From NCBI GenBank assembly GCA_045540975.1, contig JAZQIE010000072.1, positions 6,158 through 70,157 of the forward strand: a stretch of DNA of 64,000 bases. The letters are read 5' to 3'. This stretch comes from Eubacteriales bacterium. Its GTDB lineage: Bacteria > Bacillota > Clostridia > Oscillospirales > JAAYXM01. The notes under the pieces were generated by a model. It was given only the letters and a program-made list of their open reading frames with translations, was not told where the DNA came from and made no database searches. The position numbers were made by a program, and so were the translations under genes. Below, piece after piece: positions 20,101-29,034 of this stretch. The stretch's first letter is position 1; every line of letters begins with the position of its first letter.

Positions 20101-22166
20101 ATAAAGACACATTACAGCATCGCTCGGTCTTTCTGGTAATTTTGCTTGTGATACTGATGATTGTGGGCATTGGACGACTTTACAACCTGCAAATCGTAAA
20201 AGGTGAGGAGTATCTCCGTCAATCCGAGAGCAAGCTCACTCGCTCGGTCACATTGGAAGCGCCGCGCGGCGAGATTTTGGACCGCAACGGACAAACCATG
20301 GTCACCAACCGCACCTGCTTCATGGTGGAGTTTGACGCGGTGTCTTGGCGCAAGGTGGAAGACCGCGCCAATCTGATTTGGAAACTCATCGCGCTGTGCG
20401 ATGCAAACGGTCAGGAGCACCGCGATTCCCTGCCCGTTTCCGAAACACAGCCGTTTTCGTATACCTATGTCCCCGAAATGGGCTCCGAGCAGGAAGCCGA
20501 TATGGTGGCATACCTGAAAAAACGCGACTATCCGCTCAATTTACCTGCGAGCGAATTTATCGACCGCATGGCAGAGCGGTATGAAATCCCCGACACATAT
20601 ACCCCCGAGCAGAAACGTGCCATTGTGGGCGTGCGCTATGAGATGGAGATTCGTCAATTCTCCACCACACTCCCGTTTGTGTTTGCCGAGGATATCGAGG
20701 TTGCGCTTGCAACCAAGATTCAGGAGCAAAACCGACTGTTTTCCTGCGTGAATATCACGGTCAAACCCCAACGTGAGTATCAAACCAAAACCGCGGCACA
20801 CATTTTGGGGCGCGTGGGCAATATCTACGCGGAGGAATATCCCAAGCTCAAGGACAAAGGCTACCGCAGAAACGATGAAATCGGAAAAGACGGCATGGAG
20901 CGGTATCTGGAGGATTGGCTGCGCGGAATGGACGGGCTTCAGACCATTGAAACCACCACCGCGGGTAAAATCACCAACATGGTGAGTGAGGTTGCGCCCG
21001 TGCCGGGCAAGGAATGTACCCTCACCATCGACTCCGCGGTGCAAAAAGCGGCGGAGGATGCACTTGCATATATCATCCCCAAACTGCGCCGCGAGGGTCT
21101 TACCAACTCGCGCTGGGGCGGGAACAATGCAAAGGGCGGCGCGGTGGTCGCGATTGATGTGAAAACCGGCGGCATCCTTGCGATGGCATCCAACCCCACA
21201 TATGACCTCACCGAGTTTAACAAGAATTACAACGCGATGCTCAAAGACCCCTTAAAGCCCATGCTCAACCGTGCAATTTCCGGTCATTATCCTCCGGGCT
21301 CGACCTTTAAGATGGTCACATCTCTCGCCGCCTTGGATGCAGGCGTTATCACCCCGAATTCCACCGTGGTGGACGAGGGTATTTACACCTATTACAAAGG
21401 CTATCAGCCGCGCTGCGATATTTTCAAAACCTACGGCAAGACCCACGGCAGTGTGAATGTCAGCGGGGCAATCAAGGTCTCCTGCAACTACTTCTTCTAC
21501 GATGTGGGCAGACGGACAGGCATCAGCAAAATTGAGGAAACCGCAAAGAAATTCGGCTTTGGCAGTACCACGGGCATTGAACTCCCGGGCGAGCTGAAGG
21601 GTCAGATTGCGGGGTACGAAACCCGTGAAAAAGCGGGCGGAATCTGGTATGACGGCGATACGCTGAGCGCATCCATCGGTCAGTCGGACACGCTGGTCAC
21701 ACCGCTCCAGCTTGCAAACTACACCGCAATGCTCGCAACCCGCGGGACACAGTATGTGCCGCATCTTGTAAAGCGTGTCCGCGATCCCGAGACCAATGAG
21801 ATTCTGTTTAGCGAGACACCCACCGTACTCAACCAAGCGGAGTATGACGATAAGTATTGGAACGCGGTCTTAAACGGAATGTACCGCGCGGCGCATGAGC
21901 CCGACGGCACCGCATATGCGATGTTCAAGGAATATCCCATCAAAGTGGGCGCAAAAACAGGCTCGGCGCAGGCACCCGGCGGGTCGCACGCGCTGTTTGT
22001 CGCATTCGCACCGTTTGACGATCCCGAAATCGCGGTTGCGGTCGTGGTGGAAAACGGCGGTCAGGGCAGCCGCATCACCGAGGTGGCAAAGCGCGTATTT
22101 GACGCGTATTTCTTCGACACCTCCAATCAGAATCTCTCGCAAACCGAGAACAACTTGGTACAGTAA
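20097..22166 (+). CDS. mrdA: Penicillin-binding protein 2 (elongation transpeptidase)
   Basis: An N-terminal TM segment, RGEILDRNG, the transpeptidase SxxK (PPGSTFKMVT), SxN (KVSCNY) and KTG (GAKTGSAQ) motifs are present. Confidence 0.9.
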   Translation: MNKDTLQHRSVFLVILLVILMIVGIGRLYNLQIVKGEEYLRQSESKLTRSVTLEAPRGEILDRNGQTMVTNRTCFMVEFDAVSWRKVEDRANLIWKLIALCDANGQEHRDSLPVSETQPFSYTYVPEMGSEQEADMVAYLKKRDYPLNLPASEFIDRMAERYEIPDTYTPEQKRAIVGVRYEMEIRQFSTTLPFVFAEDIEVALATKIQEQNRLFSCVNITVKPQREYQTKTAAHILGRVGNIYAEEYPKLKDKGYRRNDEIGKDGMERYLEDWLRGMDGLQTIETTTAGKITNMVSEVAPVPGKECTLTIDSAVQKAAEDALAYIIPKLRREGLTNSRWGGNNAKGGAVVAIDVKTGGILAMASNPTYDLTEFNKNYNAMLKDPLKPMLNRAISGHYPPGSTFKMVTSLAALDAGVITPNSTVVDEGIYTYYKGYQPRCDIFKTYGKTHGSVNVSGAIKVSCNYFFYDVGRRTGISKIEETAKKFGFGSTTGIELPGELKGQIAGYETREKAGGIWYDGDTLSASIGQSDTLVTPLQLANYTAMLATRGTQYVPHLVKRVRDPETNEILFSETPTVLNQAEYDDKYWNAVLNGMYRAAHEPDGTAYAMFKEYPIKVGAKTGSAQAPGGSHALFVAFAPFDDPEIAVAVVVENGGQGSRITEVAKRVFDAYFFDTSNQNLSQTENNLVQ

Positions 22167-22179
22167 AGGGGGAAACACT

Positions 22180-22917
22180 GTGGCAGAAATTATTTGTATC
22201 GCATCCGGTAAGGGCGGTACGGGGAAAACCTCGCTCTCCGCGGGGCTCTCGTGCAGTCTTGCAAGGATGGGACGTTCGGTCCTGGTTGTGGACATGGACA
22301 TCGGACTTCGGAATCTGGATTTGGTGCTTGGCATCACCGAGCACGCGCTTTTTGATTTTACCGATGTGCTGTTCGGCCGTGCAACCCTCAAGGAAGCCGC
22401 GACTCCGCACCCCGATGTACCCGGACTCTCCTTCCTTGCCGCACCGCTCGGCATTCCCGAGGAGGAAATCACGGTGGAGGCATTCTCTGCCTTTGCGGAA
22501 GAGGCAAAGGGGATGTTTGATATTTGCATTTTAGACTGTCCCGCAGGGATTGGAAACGGCTTTTCTCATGCGGCAAGTGTGGCGGACCGTGCAATTGTGG
22601 TGGCAACACCCGACCAAACCAGCCTGCGTGACGCACAGATGACACGGTTTGCACTGATGGAGCAGGGGGTGGAGGAAATCCACCTTGCGGTCAACCGCAT
22701 TTCGCGGTTTGTGTCCGCGCTGTCGCTGGATGAGATCATCGACCGTACCGGGATTGCACTTATCGGTGCGGTGCCCGAGGATCGGGTTGTGATTGCATCG
22801 GCAAACAAAGGCGAGCTTGTGGTGAACAAGCCGCGGTCACGCGCGGCAAAGGCATATGCCAATATTGCACAACGGCTTACGGGAGTGAGCGTTCCGCTCT
22901 TGCGACAAGTCAGATAG
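22180..22917 (+). CDS. minD: Septum site-determining ATPase MinD (short C-terminus)
   Basis: The deviant Walker [25 protein letters not shown] (as in E. coli and B. subtilis MinD) and ILDCPAGI are present. The GTG start at 22180 follows AAGGGGGAAAC. The protein ends ...[16 protein letters not shown]. Confidence 0.85.
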   Translation: MAEIICIASGKGGTGKTSLSAGLSCSLARMGRSVLVVDMDIGLRNLDLVLGITEHALFDFTDVLFGRATLKEAATPHPDVPGLSFLAAPLGIPEEEITVEAFSAFAEEAKGMFDICILDCPAGIGNGFSHAASVADRAIVVATPDQTSLRDAQMTRFALMEQGVEEIHLAVNRISRFVSALSLDEIIDRTGIALIGAVPEDRVVIASANKGELVVNKPRSRAAKAYANIAQRLTGVSVPLLRQVR

Positions 22918-22931
22918 AAAGGGGATTGTTC

Positions 22932-23336
22932 GTGAATATTGCACTCATTGCACATGACAAAAAGAAAGAATTGATGGTGCAGTTTTGCATCGCGTATTTC
23001 GGGATTCTGTCCAAGCACAATCTGTGCGGAACGGGTACCACCGCGAAACTGGTCAGCGAGGCGACCGGTCTGGACGTCAAGCGCTTCCTTTCGGGTCCGC
23101 AGGGCGGCGACCAGCAAATCGGCGCGCGTATCGCGTATAACGAGATTGACTTGGTGCTGTTTTTCCGCGATCCCATCTCACCCGTGCTGCATGAAAACGA
23201 CATGATGAGCATTCTGCGGCTGTGCGATGTACATAACGTCCCGATTGCCACCAATGTTGCAACCGCGGAGGTCCTGGTTCTGGGGCTGGAGAGCGGTGCA
23301 CTTGCATGGCGCGATATTGTAAATCCGAAGAAGTAG
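22932..23336 (+). CDS. mgsA: Methylglyoxal synthase
   Basis: [38 protein letters not shown] and LVLFFRDP are present. I prefer the GTG at 22932 over the TTG at 22926. Confidence 0.92.
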   Translation: MNIALIAHDKKKELMVQFCIAYFGILSKHNLCGTGTTAKLVSEATGLDVKRFLSGPQGGDQQIGARIAYNEIDLVLFFRDPISPVLHENDMMSILRLCDVHNVPIATNVATAEVLVLGLESGALAWRDIVNPKK

Positions 23337-23339
23337 GAA

Positions 23340-23368
23340 TTGACAGTTTGGCCTTATCGTGATATGAT
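23340..23368 (+). promoter_or_regulatory. Near-consensus sigma-A promoter for the Ldh_2 gene
   Basis: TTGACA (23340-23345), a 17-nt spacer and TATGAT (23363-23368). Confidence 0.65.
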
Positions 23369-23399
23369 TTTATAAGAATTTAGAAAGGGGTTACATCCT

Positions 23400-24494
23400 A
23401 TGGCATACTATAAATTACCTGAAAAAGCAACCAGAAAATTCGTTGAAGACCTGTACGTGGGCTACGGCTTCACCGCTCAGCAGGCAAAGGACATCGCAGA
23501 CGTTCTGCTCATGGCTGACCTGTACGGCATCGAGTCCCACGGTATTCAGCGCTTGATCCGTTATCATGACGGCATTCAGGAAGGTCTCATCGTTCCGAAG
23601 GCAGAGCCGGTCATCACCCATGAAACCAAGCTCTCCGCTGTCATCGATGCAAAGATGGCAATGGGTCAGGTGGTTTCCAAGATGGCAATGCAGATGGCAA
23701 TCGACAAGGCAAAGGAGCATGGCTTCGGTGCTGTCGTTGTCAACCATTCCAACCACTACGGTATCGCGGGTTACTACACCCGTATGGCGGTTGAGCAGGA
23801 CATGATGGGCTTCTGCTTCACCAACACCGAGGCAATCGCAATCCCGACCAACGGCAAGAATGCAATGCTGGGTACCAACCCGATCGCATTCGGTATGCCG
23901 GCGGATCCCACCCCGTTCCTCTACGACGTGGCAACCACCGTTGTTCCGCGCGGTAAGTTGGAGGTTTACAACAAGAAGGGCGCTCCGCTGCCCATGGGTT
24001 GGGTGGTTGACGCAAACGGTCTCGATACCACCAACGCCGGCGAAGTCATCCAGAACATCATCAACAAAGCAGGCGGCGGCATCCTGCCGATCGGCGGCTC
24101 CTCTGAACTGACCGGTTCCCACAAGGGCTACGGTCTGGGCGCAATCGTTGAAATCCTCACCGCAATCATGGCGGGCGGCGTGACCTCCAACCATGTTTCC
24201 CACTGCGGTAACGGTGATACCTCCGAAGCATTCTGGGCAATCGACTACGGTATGTTCGGTGATAAGGCGACCATGCGCAAGAACTGCTCTGTCCTCCTCG
24301 AAGAGCTGCGCAACAGCGCAAAGGCAGAGGGTCAGACCCGTATCTACACCCACGGTGAAAAGGAACTCGAGTCCACTCAGGAAAAACTGAGAGACGGTCT
24401 GCCGGCAAACGAAAAGACCATCGGCGAAATGCAGAAAATCGGCGCAACCGTCGGTATCAACTTCGAAGACTACTTCGGCAAAGTCATCGACTAA
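23400..24494 (+). CDS. Ldh_2 family oxidoreductase (malate/L-lactate/sulfolactate-dehydrogenase type 2 family)
   Basis: VLLMADLYGIESHGIQRLIRY, NHSNHYGIAGYY, AMLGTNPIAFGMP and GSHKGYGLG are family blocks. The substrate is not inferable. Confidence 0.8.
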   Translation: MAYYKLPEKATRKFVEDLYVGYGFTAQQAKDIADVLLMADLYGIESHGIQRLIRYHDGIQEGLIVPKAEPVITHETKLSAVIDAKMAMGQVVSKMAMQMAIDKAKEHGFGAVVVNHSNHYGIAGYYTRMAVEQDMMGFCFTNTEAIAIPTNGKNAMLGTNPIAFGMPADPTPFLYDVATTVVPRGKLEVYNKKGAPLPMGWVVDANGLDTTNAGEVIQNIINKAGGGILPIGGSSELTGSHKGYGLGAIVEILTAIMAGGVTSNHVSHCGNGDTSEAFWAIDYGMFGDKATMRKNCSVLLEELRNSAKAEGQTRIYTHGEKELESTQEKLRDGLPANEKTIGEMQKIGATVGINFEDYFGKVID

Positions 24495-24505
24495 TCAAGA
24501 AAACG

Positions 24506-24536
24506 AAAATCCCGAGTCATATGACTCGGGATTTTT
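24506..24536. terminator. Bidirectional terminator
   Basis: A perfect palindrome AAAATCCCGAGTCAT/ATGACTCGGGATTTT lies between convergent genes. Confidence 0.85.
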
Positions 24537-24537
24537 C

Positions 24538-25437
24538 TTACTTATTGAGGAGTTTGAGTGCGTTTTCGCGGCAGACCTTGTTGTAAGCCGCCTGCGAGAT
24601 TTTTCCGGATTCCACCGCATCGTCGAGGAAGAAGGAAAGCTTGAAATCGCCTTCCATCTGGTCGGGATGGCAAATGTCGGTGCCGAAATAGAGGCGATCC
24701 TGGAATTCTTCGATGAACTTGTAGCCAAACTCGGGGTCGCGCATGATGGCGTTTCCGCCGCTGCCTGCGGACATATCGCTGTGCAGATTCGGATACTTGC
24801 GCATGAGCTCGACCACACGTCCGCCCGGAATGACCGGACCTGTGGGATAACCGTCACGGACTTCCGCGGTGCAGTCGCCGCTGATTTCCGCCCAGTATTT
24901 TTGGCTGTGACCGATGAAGATGAGATTCGGGAACTCCTTGAGGGATTTTTCCAGTCTCGGAAGACCCAAATCGTCCACCAAGCCGTAGTCACGGCCTTTG
25001 TTTCCGATGTGGAACAGAATCGGCATCTCGCACTTTTCCGCGTGGCGGAAGAGATTCCAGACCAGCGGCTCGTCAAAGTACAGATTCGCGGTGAGTTCAC
25101 CGATGCCGCGTGCACCGTGTTCCTTGTACCACTCGAGCATGGGGGTAAAGTCCGCATCCACATCGTTGATGATGTTTCTCGGGTCAACGTTGCAGAACCA
25201 CGCGAGACGGTCGGGGTAGAGTGCGGTGAGTTCCATCGCTTCCTCGTTGGTCATGGTGTGGCAGCCCCATTCGGGAGAGATGAACGGGAGCTGAACACCC
25301 AGTTCAATCCCCTGCAGGTCGAAGAATCGGAACATTTCCTCGGGGGTGAGGAAATCACCGAGCTTCGCGGAATAAAAACGCGGAGTCCCCTTTTTCATGA
25401 CCACATGGGTATGAATGTCGATTTTTTTAACTAACAT
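24538..25437 (-). CDS. Amidohydrolase-2 (COG2159-like TIM-barrel metal hydrolase/decarboxylase) paralogue 1
   Basis: MLVKKIDIHTHV (HxH metal site), FHIGN, GHSQKYWAEIS and DRLYFGTD are present. It is one of three tandem paralogues. Confidence 0.75.
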   Translation of the reverse strand: MLVKKIDIHTHVVMKKGTPRFYSAKLGDFLTPEEMFRFFDLQGIELGVQLPFISPEWGCHTMTNEEAMELTALYPDRLAWFCNVDPRNIINDVDADFTPMLEWYKEHGARGIGELTANLYFDEPLVWNLFRHAEKCEMPILFHIGNKGRDYGLVDDLGLPRLEKSLKEFPNLIFIGHSQKYWAEISGDCTAEVRDGYPTGPVIPGGRVVELMRKYPNLHSDMSAGSGGNAIMRDPEFGYKFIEEFQDRLYFGTDICHPDQMEGDFKLSFFLDDAVESGKISQAAYNKVCRENALKLLNK

Positions 25438-25450
25438 GATACATTCTCCT

Positions 25451-26353
25451 TTATTTGTAAAACTCGCCGTTTAAGAGACGGAGTGCATTCTCGCGGCAGA
25501 TTTTGTTGTATGCGGTTTGGGAAATTTTGCCCGATTCCACCGCATCATCGAGGTAAGCCGAGAGGTGGAATTCGTTTCTCGGGTCACACACGTCGGTGCC
25601 GAAATAGAGGCGGTCGCTAAATTCCTCAAGGAAGGCATAGCCAAATTCGGGGTCGCGCATAATCGCGTTTTCCGCGCTGCCCGCCGAGAGGTCGCCGTGG
25701 AGATTCGGGTATTTGCGCATGAGCTCGACCACACGTCCGCCCGGGGTGACCGGACCCGTGGGGTAGCCGTCGCGCCCTTTTTCATCACAATCCCCGCTGA
25801 TTTCCGCCCAGAATTTCTGGCTGTGGCCGAGGAAAATGAGATTCGGGAATTCTTTGAGGGTCTTCTCCAGCCGCGGAAGACCGAGTTCGTCAATCAGACC
25901 GTAGTCCGAGCCGTTATTTCCGATATGGAAGGTGACGGGCATTTGGCATTTCTCCGCATGGCAGAAGAGATTCCAAACGCGCGGGTCGTCGAAATACATA
26001 TTTGCGAGCATTTCACCGATGCCCTTTGCGCCAAACGCCTTGAAGCTGTTTAAGATGGGGGTGAAATCCGTTTCTTCGTTGTTCTGACCGAAGCGCGGGT
26101 CAATACAGCAAAACCACTCGAACAAATCGGGATACTGACGTACCATTTCATAGGACTCTTCGTTGGTGATTTGGTGGAGTCCTGCCTCGGGCTTGACCAC
26201 GGGCAGCTGTACACCTTTTTCAATGCCCATTTTGTCGTACATCTTACGAAGTTCGTCCGGAGTGGGGAACTCGTAGAAGGTGGGGTCTAAGCGGTATTGC
26301 AGACATTTGTGCAGGCACGCGTGAACATGGATGTCGATTTTTTTGACTAACAT
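25451..26353 (-). CDS. Amidohydrolase-2 paralogue 2
   Basis: MLVKKIDIHVHA..., the same conserved blocks as paralogue 1, and a 13-nt gap to the neighbour. Confidence 0.75.
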   Translation of the reverse strand: MLVKKIDIHVHACLHKCLQYRLDPTFYEFPTPDELRKMYDKMGIEKGVQLPVVKPEAGLHQITNEESYEMVRQYPDLFEWFCCIDPRFGQNNEETDFTPILNSFKAFGAKGIGEMLANMYFDDPRVWNLFCHAEKCQMPVTFHIGNNGSDYGLIDELGLPRLEKTLKEFPNLIFLGHSQKFWAEISGDCDEKGRDGYPTGPVTPGGRVVELMRKYPNLHGDLSAGSAENAIMRDPEFGYAFLEEFSDRLYFGTDVCDPRNEFHLSAYLDDAVESGKISQTAYNKICRENALRLLNGEFYK

Positions 26354-26365
26354 AGCGGATTCTCC

Positions 26366-27262
26366 TTATTTGTAACGCTCGCGGTTTAAGAGTTTGAGCG
26401 CATTTTCGCGCGAGATTTTGCGGTATGCATCCTCGGAAAGCCTGCCTGAGAGCACCAACTCGTCGAGGTACTTGGAGAGCGGGAATTCATTGTGCGGCGA
26501 GCAAATATCCGTGCCGAAATAGAGGCGGTCACGAAACTCCTCCATAAACGCGATGCCGAATTCGGGGTCGCGCATGATGGCGTTTCCGCCGCTGCCTGCC
26601 GAGAGGTCGCCGTGGTGATTCGGGTATTTGCGCATGAGTTCCACCACACGGCCCGGGGTGACAGGCCCTTCGGGATAGCCGTTGCGGAGTTCTTCGGTGC
26701 AGTCGGCGCTGATTTCCGCCCAGAACTTCTGGGAGTGGCCGAGGAAGATGAGATTCGGGAATTCTTTTAAGGTCTTTTCAAGTCTTGGGAGTCCGAGTTC
26801 ATCGACAAGTCCGTAATCGCCGCCCATGTTTCCGATGTGGAAGGTGACAGGCATTTGGCATTTCTCCGCATGGCGGAAGAGATTCCACGCACGCGGGTCG
26901 TCAAAGTAAATATTCGAGCAAATCTCACCGATGCCCTTTGCACCGAAGGATTTGTAATACTCAATCATGGGTGTGAAGTCGGAGGTCTCGTCATTCTTCA
27001 TCCAGCGCGGGTCAATGTTGCAAAACCAGTCAAGCGTCTCGGGATAATCACGGACAAGCTCCATGATTTCTTCATTGGTGACCGAGCGGTAAGCGCACTC
27101 ACTTCCGATGCTGGGGAGTACCACACCTTTTTCAATGCCCCACGCGTTGTATTTGACGCGAAGCTCTTCCGGAGAGGCATAAGAGGAATTGTCGCTGTGG
27201 ATACGCGGGAAGCCTTTGGTACGGGCGGTGTGAACATGGATATCAATTTTTTTTACAAGCAT
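26366..27262 (-). CDS. Amidohydrolase-2 paralogue 3
   Basis: The start is taken at internal ATG 27262 (MLVKKIDIHVHT), 8 nt after GGAG, so that it aligns with the paralogues. The longer ORF to 27418 would run across the divergent gene. Confidence 0.75.
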   Translation of the reverse strand: MLVKKIDIHVHTARTKGFPRIHSDNSSYASPEELRVKYNAWGIEKGVVLPSIGSECAYRSVTNEEIMELVRDYPETLDWFCNIDPRWMKNDETSDFTPMIEYYKSFGAKGIGEICSNIYFDDPRAWNLFRHAEKCQMPVTFHIGNMGGDYGLVDELGLPRLEKTLKEFPNLIFLGHSQKFWAEISADCTEELRNGYPEGPVTPGRVVELMRKYPNHHGDLSAGSGGNAIMRDPEFGIAFMEEFRDRLYFGTDICSPHNEFPLSKYLDELVLSGRLSEDAYRKISRENALKLLNRERYK

Positions 27263-27281
27263 AGCCAAGACTCCTTTTTTG

Positions 27282-27313
27282 TGGTACAATGAAGTTACGG
27301 GGTCATTGTAGCA
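27282..27313. promoter_or_regulatory. Pair of overlapping opposite-strand extended -10 promoters inside an 8-bp inverted repeat
   Basis: On the plus strand TGgTACAAT (27282-27290). On the minus strand TGcTACAAT (27313-27305). TACAATGA (27285-27292) and TCATTGTA (27303-27310) form a perfect inverted repeat. Confidence 0.5.
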
Positions 27314-27350
27314 CAGAATCCCGCTAAAAGCAAGGAAAAGGGGAAAGAAA

Positions 27351-27923
27351 ATGAGCCATAAATTTTTTGCATTTTTATACCGCATGAAGCACATCGAACG
27401 CTGGTCGCTCATGCGCAATACCCAAAAGGAAAATATCGCGGAGCATTCGTATTATGTCGCGGTTTTGGCGCATACCTTGGGTGTCATCCGCCGCGATGTG
27501 TTTGGGGTGGCGTGCAGCCCCGAGCAGTATGCCCTCGCCTCGCTGTATCACGACATTTCCGAGATTTTGACCGGGGATATGCCCACCCCGATTAAGTATT
27601 TTAACCCTGCCATCCGCGATGCGTATCACCAAGTGGAGAAGATTTCCAATGAGAAACTCATGTCGCACCTTCCGGATGAGATGCGACCCGAGTGGGAAGG
27701 TCTTCTGGAAACCGAGGGGGATGTCAAGACGGTGGTACACGCGGCGGATAAGCTCTCCGCATACTTAAAATGCGTGGAGGAGGTTTTCTCGGGCAACCGC
27801 GAATTTGAGTGCGCGAAAGACCAGACCGAGGCGGCACTCCGCGATTTGCATATGCCCGAGGTGGATTACTTCCTGCGCGAGTTTGCACCCGCACTCGAAC
27901 TCACGCTGGACGAAATGGAATAG
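27351..27923 (+). CDS. HD-domain 5'-deoxynucleotidase (YfbR-like)
   Basis: FLYRMKHIERWSLMRNTQKENIAEHSYYVAVLAH, LYHDISEILTGDMPTP and the DKLSAYLKC blocks of the YfbR family are present. Confidence 0.8.
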   Translation: MSHKFFAFLYRMKHIERWSLMRNTQKENIAEHSYYVAVLAHTLGVIRRDVFGVACSPEQYALASLYHDISEILTGDMPTPIKYFNPAIRDAYHQVEKISNEKLMSHLPDEMRPEWEGLLETEGDVKTVVHAADKLSAYLKCVEEVFSGNREFECAKDQTEAALRDLHMPEVDYFLREFAPALELTLDEME

Positions 27924-27926
27924 GCG

Positions 27927-27952
27927 AAAGGACGGCAACGCCGTCCTTTTTT
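27927..27952 (+). terminator. Terminator after the HD-domain gene
   Basis: AAAGGACGGC-aac-GCCGTCCTTTTTT. Confidence 0.85.
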
Positions 27953-28012
27953 CTTGCAGAAACGCGCGGTTTTTGGTATGATACAAATAACGATACTTTT
28001 TTTGGTGATGAT

Positions 28013-28972
28013 ATGATGAATCAAGCATTGCTCGACCGCCTTGCGGTCATCACGGAGGAGGAAGAAGCCATCCTCTCGGGCCGCGCGCAAATCAAACGCG
28101 AACTTTATATGCAGGGCGAGAAAGACACGGTGAGTGCGAAAAAACTGCTGGATGCGGGAAAACTCATCGACTACCGTCCGCACACCCGATTCATTCGTTT
28201 TCCCGCGCACACACACGATTATGTGGAAGTGATTTATATGTGCCGCGGGGAAACCGTTCACGCGGTCAACGATACCCAAATCACACTCAAGCAAGGGGAA
28301 CTTTTGTTTCTCAATCAGCACGCGGTCCATGCGGTGGAACGCGCGGAGGAATGGGATATTGCGGTCAATTTCATTGTGCTGCCCACGTTTTTTGCGCAAT
28401 CACTTGCCGCGTTGGGGGAAGCGGAAACCCCGCTGCGCCGCTTTTTGCTGGATGCACTTTGCGGACAGACCGACGGCCCCGATTACCTGCATTTTCGCGT
28501 GAGCGAGGTGGTTCCCATCCAAAATCTGCTGGAAAACCTGCTCTTTGCACTGTTGGAGGAGTCGCCCGTGCGCCGTGCGACCGCGCAGATGACCATGACC
28601 CTTCTCTTTCTGCAGCTTTTGGGACAAACCGACCGACTGGAAACCGAGACCCGCGCGCAAGCGGTTTTGGTGCAGGTGCTTTCCTACATTGAGGAGCATT
28701 ATGCAACGGGAAGTCTTGGCGAGGCGGCACGGCTGCTGCATTATGATTTTTACTGGCTCTCGCGCGAGATCAAGCGCCTGACCGGGAAGACCTATACCGA
28801 ACTGGTGCAGGACAAACGGCTTGCGCAGGCGTGCTTTTTGCTCCGTACCACAAACCGAAATGTGGATGAAATCGCCCGTGCGGTGGGGTATGAGAATATG
28901 GGATATTTCCATCGCATTTTCCGCGGCGCATTCGGGGTGTCACCGCGAGAATACCGATTGCAAATCAGGTAA
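28013..28972 (+). CDS. AraC family transcriptional regulator (cupin + HTH), upstream of rhaBAD
   Basis: An N-terminal cupin-like region (FPAHTHDYVEVIYMCRGE) and a C-terminal AraC HTH (VDEIARAVGYENMGYFHRIFRGAFGVSPREYR) are present. The start is at ATG 28013. Confidence 0.85.
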   Translation: MMNQALLDRLAVITEEEEAILSGRAQIKRELYMQGEKDTVSAKKLLDAGKLIDYRPHTRFIRFPAHTHDYVEVIYMCRGETVHAVNDTQITLKQGELLFLNQHAVHAVERAEEWDIAVNFIVLPTFFAQSLAALGEAETPLRRFLLDALCGQTDGPDYLHFRVSEVVPIQNLLENLLFALLEESPVRRATAQMTMTLLFLQLLGQTDRLETETRAQAVLVQVLSYIEEHYATGSLGEAARLLHYDFYWLSREIKRLTGKTYTELVQDKRLAQACFLLRTTNRNVDEIARAVGYENMGYFHRIFRGAFGVSPREYRLQIR

Positions 28973-29034
28973 CTTTTTCAGTTAAATCAGGACCTCCCGA
29001 AACCGTGTGAAATGCGGTAAACTAAACCTCGGAG

